Below, piece after piece: positions 1 to 13,298 of a stretch of DNA of 64,000 nucleotides. The notes beneath the pieces are model-generated. The model was not told where the DNA came from. It searched no databases and was given only the letters and a program-made list of their open reading frames with translations. Within the stretch, counting starts at the first letter, position 1, and every line of letters begins with the position of its first letter. The translations under genes and the position numbers were made by a program. The DNA lies in assembly GCA_903813345.2 (NCBI GenBank), contig CAIIXF020000001.1:15810001-15874000 (forward strand), written 5' to 3'. The stretch is from Owenia fusiformis (lineage: Eukaryota).

Positions 1-649
1 TTATATAACTGTTTTTGTTAACATTTTTGGTTTTTGCTCCTTTCTACCAATTCTTGAGAATGAAATTAAATGTCTTTCTGAACCTTGTTGGAACAAAATA
101 ACATATACAACATGTTTTTAGACCTCTCAATATTATAGTTATACATGTACAAAGGAATTTTTGGTTGGAAAAAAAGTATTCAAAAAATTAAAACAAAATC
201 CCCAAAAATAGAAAAAATCAAGATAAACCTTTTATTTCATTAACAAGATACTTTTTAAAATCAACCAAAATTTTCTTTGTAGTAATTACAATATTGAGAG
301 ACCTAAACATGTTGTGTTTATGTCGTTTTGTTCCAATGAGGTTCGGAAAGATGTTTCATTTCACTCTGGAAACATGATGCCAAGAACAAAACAAGTGTTT
401 GATGTGTTTTCTAAAACAATATAGATGAAAGTTAATATATATTTTTCAAATTATATTGTTACCATTCAAAACATGACCATTAAATTGACGATGTGTTAAA
501 TTTTAAACTTGACATCAAATACGCCGTGGCAACTAATTTAAACAAGAAGGAGTGGCAGAATTTTTTAACATTATGTGTGCCCCATCATTATATAACAATT
601 ATATATTGGTATCATATCTTTTGCTAGTGAGACATATTTGACTTGCGAA

Positions 650-1700
650 CATTTTCAGTTTGACCACTCACCAAAGACCACAAGGTCAAACTGACAGATC
701 ACACTAGGTCAAATTGACAGATAATCTAAGGCCAGTATAGGTCAATCTGACCAATCGTCTTAGACCGCTAGGTCAAACTGAGAGACCTCTTGGTCAAACC
801 AACCTATCTTCTAAAACAAAAATATCAAATCAATCATATATCTAAGTCCACTAGCTCAAATTGATAAGTTCAAACTAACCAATCCTTTAAGACCACAAGG
901 TAAATCTGATCATACACCTTACCCTGCGTGCAGAGTCTAGTTAAACTACACTCTGCCTAGTAGAGACCATATTACAGTTTAGTAGCCCCGCCCCCACGAC
1001 GGGTACCGCCTTGTACCGGTGACAGTTAAGGTAAATCACTTTTGACCTACGCGCTGACCTTACACCAATCAGCGAGCTTGAAAACATACGCCAAATGCGT
1101 TCTAATTAAATATGCGCATGTCATTGGTCAATTCCGGGCTCACTGATGACGTCAGAAGGAATGACCATACAAAGAACGTCGGTCAAATTTGGCCGACGAA
1201 CACTGATTGGCGCGGTGAGTTCACAGGTTTATTTTAGTTTGAAAGAGTGAAGACGAAGCTCTCTTTTAAGAAGTGAAGTCAAACGAATGCAAAGGGTACA
1301 TACACCTATGATCTTTAAGCTAAACTGACCAAATTTTTCACTACTTTAGGTTAAACTGACATATTGCCTCAACCATTAGGTCAAACTGACCATCTAGGAT
1401 CACAAGGTCAAACTGATTTTCAAGAGTCGCTAGGTAAGACTACTGGGTCAAACTGACTAACTAGGATCAGGGAAACAAGGTCAAATCAAACCATCTAGGA
1501 TCACTAGGTCAGACCAACCATCTAGGATCACTAGGTCAAACTGACCCCCTAGGATCACTAGGTCAAACTGACCCCCTAGGATCACTAGGTCAAACTGACC
1601 ATCTAGGATCACTAGGTCAAACTGATCATCTAGGATCACTAGGTTAAACTGACTGGTTAAGATCACAAGGTCAAACTGGTTATATAGGTCAAACTGACAT
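650..1700 (+). repeat. 27-bp minisatellite (GGTCAAACTGACCATCTAGGATCACTA), degenerate 5' part, continues at ~2575-2670
   Basis: Near-perfect tandem copies at 1500-1700; explains the 9-aa periodic ORF 1481..1720; interrupted by MITE insertions. Confidence 0.9.
920..1298. mobile_element. Non-autonomous DNA element with TACCCT...AGGGTA termini and 9-bp TSD
   Basis: CATACACCT at 911-919 and 1299-1307 flanks the element; related copies at 58390-58461, 39516-39558 and ~60985-61024. Confidence 0.85.
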
Positions 1701-1704
1701 ATTA

Positions 1705-2557
1705 GAGAGATTTCGCACATAAGTGAAAGTACAACTTATACGTATACGTATAGTTTAAAGGGTCATGTCGAACTATTATATTTACTAAAATCAATTTTAA
1801 ATTGTACTTCATGGAACATAACTATTCTGTTATAGAAAAGCTCCATCAACTAGAGACTGTGAATGCACTGTCATCTGCATGTGTAGATTATGCACATTAT
1901 AATTAAATGCTTGCTTCCGTGTCCTAGTTGTTGTAGTGTATTATAAACACGATTCTTTAAAGTGAGTCATGATTCTTTAAAGTGAGTCATTACATAAACA
2001 AGTTGATTATTTCAATGTTTTCATGATCAGTATAAGTTCAGTGAACTTACAAAACAGTATATTTACGTAGATGATAACGTATACAGTTGGTTCTCCGTAT
2101 AAAAATTTGCTTACATGTGTGTGGAACAATTGACCGCAAGCATTTTTTGAAATTAATTGGCTGAGTGGGAACAGTATCCAATCAAATACTTTAACCATCA
2201 ATTTGAAACACCAATCAAACCAGTAGGTTCTAGCAATTCCTGGAAACGACCCATTAGCTCAACATATGACATACAGGGTGTTTCATAACGAGCATCTCCA
2301 AAAGTCAATTTGAGAAGAGACGGTTCTATAAAATATGTACTATATATGAGCCTATTTTATTCTAGACAAACACATTTGGATCAACTAAACATGCTACAAT
2401 TCAAGAAAGTACAAATGGCATCCCTTTGACCTGTATTTATTACAGTCCGAGAAGATCTTTCCTGACGAAAAGCCCACATTATGAAACACCTTGTACGTTT
2501 ACCTATAAGTATAAGTATACGTTATAAGTTGTAATTTCACTAGGTGCGAAATCTCTC
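1705..2557. mobile_element. MITE with ~45-bp TIRs (GAGAGATTTCGCA...)
   Basis: ATTAGAGAGATTTCGCA at 1701 and TGCGAAATCTCTCTAAT ending 2561; TA/TAA flanks; splits the 27-bp minisatellite. Confidence 0.8.
2274..2493. mobile_element. Tc1/mariner-type MITE nested in the preceding MITE
   Basis: TA-CAGGGTGTTTCATAA ... TTATGAAACACCTTG-TA. Confidence 0.75.
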
Positions 2558-2780
2558 TAATGCCTTCGAATATTAGTTCAAACTGACCATCTAGGATCAC
2601 TAGGTCAGACCAACCATCCAGGATCACTAGGTCAAACTGACCACCTAGGATCACTAGGTCAAGCTGACTAATTAGTTAATACCATCACTAAAACTGAGAC
2701 TCATTTTAAGAACAGAATCAGATAATTGATAACCCAAATAAAAAGTAAATGTATAATTGTATGTCAGTGGTATTCTATAT

Positions 2781-3784
2781 TATTATCCCACCGAACGAAA
2801 TTCGAGGGGGATATAGGAAATTCGTCCGTCCGTTCGTCTGTCCGTTCATCCGTCTCTCCGGGCAATTACTCAAATACCGGTTGGCGGATTTGATTCAAAT
2901 GTTATAGGCTAGGCTTATGCCTTATGAAGGTAGGACTTCTGCTCGAGAAGGAATTTTCAATATGGCTGCTTAATTAAAAATGGCGGCCATTTTTCGGAAA
3001 AAATATAATCTTTGATAACTCAAATACTAGGGGATGGATTTGGTTCAAATTTTACATGCACTATATTTCAAAATGGCCGCCATTTTTTGTAAAAAAGACA
3101 TAATCTTCGTTAACTCAAATACTATTGAATGGATTTGGTTCAAATTTTACATGCTGATGCCTAGGGACATAGGATTTTCAAGATGGCAGCTTAATTTCAA
3201 AATGGCCACCATTTTTCGTAAAAGAACGTAACCTTTGATAACTCAAATACCAGTTGACGGATTTGGTTCAAATTCTATATGCTGATGGATTTGGTTCCAA
3301 TTTTATATGCTGATATCTAGGGAAAATGGAGATCTGCTTCAGAAGAAAGGCGTCAACTGAATTTCAAAATGGCTGCCATTTTTCATAAAAAAGGTAATCT
3401 TTGATAACTCAAATACCAGTGGACAGATTTACTTCAAATTTGATATACAGATGCCTAGAGATAGAGGAGCTCTGCTTGAAAAGTAAGTTTCAAGGTGGCT
3501 GCAATTCATCGAAATCTCCGCCACTTTTCATCCTTGATGTCTCACATACCAGTTGACGGATTTGGATTAAATTTTATTTGCTGATGCCTTGAGACCTAGG
3601 AGCTCTGAAATCTAAAGATGACAGCTGAATTTCAAAATGGCAACCATGTTTCATAAAAACATAATCTTTGATCACTCAATTACCAGTGGATGGATTTGGC
3701 TCAAATTTTATATGGCCGCTATTTATCAAAACATGTTTTGTTCGGTGGGATTTGCTACTCTGTGGAGTTGCTGTTTTTCTAGTT
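2781..3784 (+). mobile_element. Helentron-associated non-autonomous element (HINE/DINE-1-like)
   Basis: Subterminal IR ATCCCACCGAAC (2785) / GTTCGGTGGGAT (3740), (CCGT)n microsatellite, internal tandem units, 3' end CTAGTT. Confidence 0.75.
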
Positions 3785-3816
3785 ATGTTTATGCTATCCT
3801 TATTGTTTCTGTTTAG

Positions 3817-6800
3817 GGCTGCACGCCAGAGAGAGCAAAGGGAGCAATGGGAACACAAACAGCAAGAAGGTGGTGAGTCCCCAGGGAAGTCTCGAGATAA
3901 CTGGAGGGACAACAGACCAGATAGACCTAGAGACTCAGACAACAGAAACTGGAGGGATAAGCAAGGTGCATAAATATGAAGTTATTAATTATTTTAGATG
4001 GTTTATCATAGTAGCCCGGACAGAATTGTTCAATGGTCACTTTTTCTTTAATAACTTTTTTAATTTTCAATATTATCAAAATCTGATTACATATTTGAAA
4101 ACTAGAGTGAAATTCTGACATACAAAATTAATTTGTTGATTTTAAAGGCATTTAATTCATAATATGTGTGACACAAATACATAATTCACCATATTGCCTC
4201 ATATTTGACATATATGGCAGCATATTTCGTTAATTTCAATGTTCTGTTGAGAGTTAATATTTGAAGATTGTCGGAGGCCTATAAGGTCATGCTGCCACCT
4301 TTACAATCCTGATGTAATGCAGCATTGACTAATCATCAATACAAGAGACATCCCTCCTCCAAGGGTCTATGAAGTCAACTCTATTGAAATGTTCGGGGTT
4401 GTGTTCAAGAGAATGTGAAAAGGTGGCGCCCCAATGTGCGGGGTGTGATGAGAATAGGTCCTCAGTCTTTTCAAAAGCTCAAACAGCCATCTCAGAGGCC
4501 ATTGAAAAGCTGAAGAACAATTCACATGCATGTCAAGGATCGGCTTAAGAGGAGTTTGACTGGAAAGACATTAAAAACTGTGGCAGTATGACCCTATAAT
4601 TGCATGGGTTAAACGAACTAGGGTTGCTGGTCCACTTTGGGTAACAATGGAATGGCCAAAAACTTTAAATCCTGCAACCCCAACCAATATACTGTACATA
4701 TAAAATGTACAAACCTTTTGAGTACATGTAGCGGTATACATACAAGTCAATTTAAAACAAGGTTTTAAATGCAGTCATTACCTCATACCAATGCAGCAGT
4801 CCATATGACTTTGTAGGCCTATGAGGTTTCATAAATATTAATTTTCAAATGAACATTCAAATCCACAAAACATGCCTCCATTTTTGAACAAATATGAGAC
4901 AAAATGGTGAATTATGTATTTGCGTCACTCATACTATGAATGCCTATAAAATCAAAAAATTAAGAGATGTTCCTTAAATATTTTTTTGTATGTCAGAATT
5001 TCACTCTAGTTTTCAAATATGTAATCAGATTTTGATAATACTGAAAATTAATAAAAAAGTTATTAAAGAAAAAGTGACCATTGAACAATTCTGTCCGGGC
5101 TACTATATTCTTTTAATGATTATTATTGTGTGAGCATGGTGAGAAATTACTACTCTTTTGTTCTTTTTACAGGTAAGAAATTATTCATATCGAATTATTT
5201 TCTGATCAAAATCTTAATGATGAAAAAATGATTCAATTCTTTGTCATTAACATAAAGGGATTTAATGTAATCTTTGTATTATACAAATTTGTATTACTTG
5301 TGCTTTAAATTGCATGTATTTGCTGTTATCCTGTTTAGTACAACCATCTGTTTTGAACTTTTGAGAGAGTTTGAATAAATGGTGTTCTTTCAGGAACTGA
5401 AGCGCGACCAATACCAAAAACTGGTAACCATGGTTCTCAATCCCCAGCCTCCACACCATCTCGTGGTGAACGAACCTACTACGGCAGCTCTAGTGGGCAG
5501 TCCCCTGTGTACGTAGCCCCCTCTAGCGGCGCCCAGGTTGTCTATAGCAATCCAAGACAGGTACTACAAGGACAACCTGGGCCATCTAGCAATCAACACT
5601 CTTTTATTCTAAATTGACTGCTTGACTCATGCATCCAATCTTAAATACAATTCTGTAGAATAAAGAATAACACCTTTTAGTCTATTCCCTTTTAACAAGT
5701 TAGCATAAATAACACATAATCTCAATTGAACCTTTTAAATGGTCCACTCTGAAACACGTGTGACAATCTGAACTTCAATATGTGACTGTCTGAAGTTTCA
5801 TTTCTTGTCAATTCAAACCTTAAAAGATTGGGGATATATGAAATATTTTAGGACTGTAAAAAGTTTGATAATCTTGATTTTTATATTGCCTTTATGTGTT
5901 CATCTATACTGTATCTAAGAGTGATGATTGGAAAGTTGGTGGCTAGATAAGTAACTAATGTATATTGTATAAACTATAAGTTAATAATTAAGGAATAAAT
6001 AAGGTTAAATTTGTATGTGTGGGTATTTATCTTTACAAATGAGAACTTATCACAGTATATAGCAGCCAGAGTAATTCATAACATGCCTCCTTTAAATATT
6101 TAGCACCTTAATTAAATATTGCACTTGATACCAAACTAAATGAACAGTAGACATGGGTGACCTTATGAAATGTTACTGGCCCACACATACTTCTGTTTCA
6201 GATTTATATAATCTTATTCCAATTATTTTCAATCATTAATAGTACTTTGTATCAAGTTAGCAAGTGAAATAATAACCTCATGTTGAAAGTGAAACTTTAT
6301 TCCAGGCCCAAATTCAAGCAAGTCTTTTTCAACAAATCCAAGGGTGGGAGCCAAGCCAAGCCAGCTTCACCACAGAACAAAGGCAAGGGCAAGCAAAATA
6401 CACCCAGTCAGCAAGCAAACAAGGCCAGTTCAGCCAGTCCCAACAACAAGCAAGGCCCAGTCAATCACCAGGCATATCAAGGCCAGGCCAGTCACCAATC
6501 CAAGCCCAGTTCAGCCACTCACCGGGACAAGCAACATTCATCCAGGGGCAAGTCCACTACACCCAAGGCCAAGGCAAAAACATCCAAGGACAACTCCAGA
6601 ACAATCAGTCAAGACCCCTAAGTCAACATATTTCTCAGATTCCAGGACCCATCTCAAGACAACCTTATACTCAATGTAGTCCACAATCAGACTTGCTAGT
6701 GTTCACACCCCCAAAGTCATCCACCTTCCAATCATCTACCAGTAACAATACACAGTCTTTGATGGATATTAGAATACCCCAACCACAGAGGTACTCAAAC

Positions 6801-7688
6801 ATTATCTCTTCTCCAAAAGGTCACAATTTCACCCCTCAAGGTCAAGGTTATTCTCCTAGTCAAGGACACGGTTACTCTCCAGGTCAGAGTTACATTCATG
6901 CAGGGCCTCAAGGGTTCTCTCCAGGTCAAGGACAGTGTCTAGCAAACATTGACGCCCATTGGCCCTCCTTGCCTAGGTCTCCTAATGCTAAAGGAAACAA
7001 TCCAGGTGCTACAGTTAAGCCACTCATGCATATGGACCCGGCCATAGTTCAACACAGCGGTGGTCCCCAGTATATTCGATCCACGTCAGATAGTAACAGC
7101 AAACACTCCAACCCTGCAGTGAAAGCATTATTCACAAACCAACACTCGGATCCATCACTGGCTCGGGTCACAGCAGCTAGCCCCACACAGTCAATCAATC
7201 AAAGTTTTTCATATGCTAATTCACCTCCTAATCCCCAGCAGATTGCCAGTCCCCTGCAGCAGACCCCACCAAACACATGGCACGCCAGACAGTGGACCAC
7301 CACACACCCTACCATCAGACCTGACCAACTGCAGGTATCACAAAGCCAACCCAATACAAACACTCATCAGATGCTCACCAATAGTCAGGCTGTATATACC
7401 CATCATCATGCCCTATATACCCAAGGCCAAGCCCTACACACCCAAGGTCAAGGCCTACTACAAACGCAAGGCCAAACACCACCTACACAATGTCAGGGGA
7501 AACATACACAGGGCAAGGCTATTCCACAAGGCTATATGGTTGGTACATCTCAAGGTCATGGCAGTCAGCAGTTCTACAGTGCTTCAAATCCACAACAATA
7601 TTACATAGCACCAGGCCAGGTTTCCCCTGGTTCACATGCACCTCTTCCTAGACAAACCAGTCAGTATATAAATGCGGTACGTAGCTAA
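3817..7688 (+). CDS. 3' exons of an unidentified gene with a long Q/P/S/G-rich disordered C-terminus (5' part not identified in the window)
   Basis: Phase-compatible exons 3817-3965, 5394-5560 and 6306-7688. The last exon is open in the frame of ORF 6693..7688 from acceptor TTCCAG at 6305. Confidence 0.7.
4008..5106. mobile_element. MITE with long (~200 bp) TIRs, intronic
   Basis: ATAGTAGCCCGGACAGAATTGTTCAATGGTCAC... mirrored by ...GTGACCATTGAACAATTCTGTCCGGGCTACTAT. Confidence 0.9.
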
Positions 7689-7707
7689 TTATTTGGTCAA
7701 CTCTCTG

Positions 7708-7866
7708 ATTACCCATTAATTAATTAATTTGATCGCTCCATATTTCTGTTATCTTCTTTGAAAATTTTCTTTTTTGAAATAAACTCACCGATTACCCATT
7801 AATTCATTATCTGATCGCTCCATATTTCTATTATCTTCTTTGAAAATTTTCTTTTTTGAAATAAAC
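7708..7866 (+). repeat. ~82-bp tandem duplication in 3' UTR
   Basis: GATTACCCATTAATT...TTTTGAAATAAACT occurs twice. Confidence 0.85.
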
Positions 7867-7997
7867 TTAGCAATATATCCATGATCATTATGTGCATGAT
7901 GTATTGTAATGATAAATCCTCTGTTATTAGATTTTTGACACAAAGGACAATCCTAGTAAGACTTGATACTAGAAGCTTAGGGTTCAACAACACTTCA

Positions 7998-8172
7998 TTT
8001 ATTATGTCACCAACACAAGTGCTGACACATCGTTATTATAGTCTCCCAACTTTATTGTGGATGGTGTTTGGTGGGTGGTGTTTGGTGGGTGGTGTTTGGT
8101 GGGCAGTAGTTGGTGGTTGACCTCTGAAACAAATGGGAGGTGGTGGCATTTTGCCTGCTAATGCCTTGTTAT
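7998..8172 (+). mobile_element. Short HINE-like element with GGT-rich microsatellite
   Basis: 5' ATGTCACCA / 3' TGGTGGCAT subterminal IR followed by a short hairpin-like end. Confidence 0.45.
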
Positions 8173-9568
8173 AAATTAAATGAGAGCTCACCTCCAAAAT
8201 AAAAATATTGATTCATTCACAGTTTACAGCAACTATTTTCTCTTCATTAGGTGTCATCCTCCTCTGGAGTGTTCCATAGTAACCCTCAACCCCCAGGTAT
8301 GTACAGCATTCCAAAAGTTCTCATACAATTATACTTTGTGTAACCATATGGTGACATTGTTGTTTTAATGGCCTCTGTTGACATTTTAACAAGTAAAGAT
8401 GTGATATGTTTGTTGTAAATCACATGTTGACATACTACATGATATTTTATAGAGTCTACACAGAAAATACATTCAGAAAATGTTAGTGATGATTGAAAAA
8501 GGTCAATGTAGGATAATTAACTATATTTTAATATATGAATCTCAAACGTTCACCTCCCCGATAACTATTTACATATTGGAATTCTTGATACTACCATATT
8601 TTTTGGAAACATGCAGATACTCCAGATTGTCAGTATCATTGAGCATTTCATGAATATTGCACTATTCAATGAGAAACTATTTGGATGAAATATTAGAGTT
8701 GAAATATCCTGACACAACTTTTTATATGTACATTTTCTCCTGCCTCTACTGCCTCATGTATAATATCAAATTATCAAATGTTGGCAGAACTTAACTATTT
8801 TGGATATTTTCATTCCCGTCCCACAACTATTTGTAGTTAGCTAATAATCTTACATTGATAGATTCAGGTCCCTATAAATACCGTAAATGCCAAGGATAAA
8901 GCTGTAATATGAAGGACTCTGAAATGATTAAGTCAGCCACTGTGATATTTATTACATTACGCTGATTTAATAAATAAATGTCTTGGATTCTGATTAGGCT
9001 CTATAGAATGTCATGATTCTGATTAACTGGAGTTTTATTGAAAACAGTCCAGTAGAAAATTTAGAATGTTAAGCTAAAGTAAAAAAAATGAATTAAGTCT
9101 TATAGGAGTCATTTATATACATGACATGTAAAGATTATACTATTTACCACTGCATCTAATTTTCACACATTTGATCATGAAGTCATACAAAAGAAATGTT
9201 TAATAGGAGTGGGTGGCTATGAGTTACTATGGTTTGAGTGATTTGTTTAAAGGGTTATGTATAAGGCTAAAACGTTTTGTTTCATTTATGAATAGAACAT
9301 TTCACAAGACCATGCTTTGTACTTATACTTGGCAGGTAAATTTAGATATCAATTTTTATTATTCAGGGATCGTGCCTTTTATACTAAACGATGAGCAACA
9401 CCAAAAGCGAGCGTTCGATTTGCTAAACGATATTCGTTACCCTTTAATTATAGTTGATATTCTGGAGGAAACCATTTAATAAGCATGGAGTTTGGATACA
9501 GTATATTGTTTTTATTTTCAGATTTGAAGCCACAGACGCCAAGAAGTCGTGTAGTAGCTGTAGATCTT

Positions 9569-10508
9569 CAGTACATTGAGGCAACACATCAACCACAAAA
9601 TGATACTTGAAATATTGTACAGTACATTGAGGCAATACGTCAAGCACAATGTAACAATTGAGACAATGTACATTACATTGAGGCATTACATCAAGCACAA
9701 TGTAACATTTGAGACAATGTACAGTACATTGAGGCAATACATCAAGCACAATGTAACACTTGAGACAATGTACAGTACATTGAGGGAATACATCAAGCAC
9801 AATGTAACACTTTGAAACAATGTACAGTACATTGAGGCAATACATCAAGCACAATGTAACAATTGAGACAATGTACATTACATTGAGGCATTACATCAAG
9901 CACAATGTAACATTTGAGACAATGTACAGTACATTGAGGGAATACATCAAGCACAATTTAACACTTGAGACAATGTACAGTACATTGAGGGAATACATCA
10001 AGCACAATGTAACACTTTGAAACAATGTACAGTACATTGAGGCAATACATCAAGCACAATGTAACACTTGAGACAATGTACAGTACATTGAGGCAATACG
10101 TCAAGCACAATGTAACAATTGAGACAATGTACATTACATTGAGGCATAACATCAAGCACAATGTAACAATTGAGACATTGCACAGTACATTGAGGCAATA
10201 CATCAAGCACAATGTAACACTTGAGACAATGTACAGTACATTGAGGGAATACATCAAGCACAATGTAACACTTTGAAACAATGTACAGTACATTGAGGCA
10301 ATACATCAACCACCATGTAACACTTTGAAACAATGTACAGTACATTGAGGGAATACATCAAGCACAATGTAACACTTTGAAACAATGTACAGTACATTGA
10401 GGGAATACATCAAACACAATGTAACAATTGAGACATTGCACAGTACATTGAGGCAATACATCAAGCACAATGTAACACTTGAGACAATGTACAGTACATT
10501 GAGGCAAT
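9569..10508 (+). repeat. 51/52-bp minisatellite, ~18 copies
   Basis: Unit CAGTACATTGAGGCAATACATCAAGCACAATGTAACACTTGAGACAATGTA; explains the 17-aa periodic ORFs. Confidence 0.95.
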
Positions 10509-13298
10509 GTTATTATGTGACTACTCAACTTTTAAGAATTGAAATTTTGATTGTACCTTTCAATTTTAGCGTGTAGTGCTGCTGATACTAGATTAGGATT
10601 CTTTCAATTTGATATTTACAGAAAAAATGGTTTTGTATCAAATTATATTGTTGGAGCAATTGATGTCTTTTTATTTTAAACTATAATCTGAAATTCATTT
10701 TATTTTGACACTTATTAAAATATTGAGATGCTGTAAGGAAAACATGAATTCGTTTTAGTTGATTGTGCTCATTGCCATGGCAACATTGTATTATATTATC
10801 ATTATATATTTTTGCTCGATGCATGAACTAGAAAAAACAAAACATCTTGTGCTTACTAAGTCAAGTGTTAACTCATGAATATGAGAATCACAGACAATTA
10901 GCCATGGTTTGATTGGCATGAAGGGCCAAATTGCTTGTTTTAATACTTATGTCAAATTCTCATTGGTTGTCAATGTGTTGGAAATGTACAAACAATTAAT
11001 TTCTGAGATATTGCCAATAATGGAAGGAGTCTGATTGTCAAAGACAATCTAATGTTTTTATAATTCAGGAAAATGAAGGGTCAGTTAGCATTGTATTGGA
11101 CATGCATATGCAAATAGACAAACACACATATTTATAAAGACTTGTTAAATTAAATCTTTAAGAGCCTCTGCAATCCAATTTAGGGATACTTTACCCCCAT
11201 AAATGTAGGGTTTATTTTTCAAATCACCCCCACAACCACTTGTGTATTGAAATCTTGGGGTTTTAAAATCTGGCAGAAGTTGACTCAAAGCTGAATTTTA
11301 TCTAAGTAACCACTAATTATCTAAGTAACCACTTATTTTGAACGCTAAGATTTTAATACACAAGTAGCTGTGGGGATGATTTGAAAAAATCACAATTGTA
11401 TGTATCACATTTGAAAAGTGCTTTATTGTTGTCATCAGTGCTGCTAGGAAGTATGGCTCCACATAAATCTTGTCATCAGAATTCCAGAAAAAGTGCTTTT
11501 CCATTTAACATATTTTATAGATGCAAGAACAAACTAGTGCTCAAACTAGTCCTGATAGACACCTTTCACAAGTAAGAATTTTCTAGATCACGGACATATT
11601 GGAAAACTGACATCTATTGATTGTAGAGCCACATGTTACAAGTTTCTTAAAGAGATAAAAACTGAATTAAATTTACATTTAGGTGAACTGTTGGAGATTG
11701 TTTATTGGTTATTTACATGTACATATCTAGAGTTTCAGTAAACATTGTCCAGACTGAAGGAGTCCATTTCTTTCAACAGAGAAAGTAAACTTTTTATGAT
11801 CATGTATATAATCTTGTGTTTTTAAAATGAAATATTTTGAAATTGGGAAGAACTTTGAATCGTATAGGGTTTGTTAATTGATTTTTGATGTTAACTGGAA
11901 TCCAAGACTTAAAGTATGCTATTCTCAGACAGTGGTAAAGTATGAGATATGATAAATCCATGTAAATCTCTTGAGTTACCTTGAATACTGTTATTATTTC
12001 AAAGGATAAGTAATGTAAAAAATGAATTTATGACCATTATTTTCAGAGTGACTGAGCATGTCACTAATGATCAGCATTCCTCACAGCCAATGAATAATTT
12101 AGACCATTTTCTTAAATAGAAGTAAATAGCAATTGAAACTAAATTTTTTGTTATTGATTGGCCATAAATTGGTGTGACATTGCTTGCCTCTACAATCAAA
12201 TCATAATGATTGCAATGTAAAGGTGATAGTGAGGGAATGATTATATTCTCAATTGAAGATTAATGACCAATCTGGGTCCAAGTAGATTGATGTAAATGGA
12301 TTTTCTCATACTTTCTCATGTATACAAGTACACTGTAGTAGGTTTAGATATATGGTGATTTAAGTTTCATGACTGAGCATGTATCAGAAAACATATTCTG
12401 GGTCAAACAGAGAAACATTTTAGTGAAGTTGTTTATATTTTATTTTGCAGATTTTAGTGCAGTGCATCACCTTACTTTATATGAAACAAACAATAATGTG
12501 TACAGTACATTGGTCAAACAAAGTGTACATTGGTCAAACAACCTAAGCTTGTTTACATCATGTACTACAGACAATTAATGGAGGGTTTATTATTAATTAA
12601 TTTGTGACATTATATAGGCCTAATTGAATTTGTACATACTTTTTATAAATCAACAGCAAGAATAAATGAATATAAATCACTCTAAATGCCTTTAAAATGT
12701 TTTTGCCTGAACCATAGTTTTAAACTATCCCAAAAGAATGAGGTAGAATGAACTACATAAGTTCCTCTAATTGCCTCCTCCTTCAACTGATCATGTCACT
12801 GTCATCAATGTATTTTCAATTTCAAATTTTTTATGTTAATATGGCATTTAATATACAGTAATTGGGATGGGATATGACACGATACGGAAGTTACCGCCAA
12901 AATGTCGATCTTCTAAGCTATGCAATTAATAGAGGACTATGAAGCAATCATCATTCATCACTATGGTGATCATTTGACAAATAACATGATCTTATCATAT
13001 TAGTCATAGCTGGGAGTTGTATTTTATGCGTGCTTGAACAGCGTCTGTTCTGGATAACAGTCATTGTCCCTTGAGGTCTGAAGTCTTTCTAAGTAAAACG
13101 TGTTGTGTGAAGGCGACATTCATCAACTCATTATTATGCAATCAGGAGCATGTTCTAATTGTGGAACAGTAATCACTCAAAAATAAATGTCATCCACGTC
13201 ATTGAGGGGAAATGTCAACTATGTTATTTGGCGAGTGTTCATCCGGATCGATCCAATCCCTGGGCTTCATCTAGTCCAAGGTGACATGCGTTATACTC

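Noticed and set aside
1481-1720. 79-aa repeat protein
   Set aside because: Translation of the 27-bp minisatellite.
6280-6679. Two separate short ORFs (113 and 111 aa)
   Set aside because: Alternative frames of a T-poor exon; the third frame is continuous to 7688 and splice-compatible.
9569-10508. CRISPR array or repetitive protein ORFs
   Set aside because: No unique spacers; plain tandem minisatellite in eukaryotic DNA, and 52-bp units break the reading frames.
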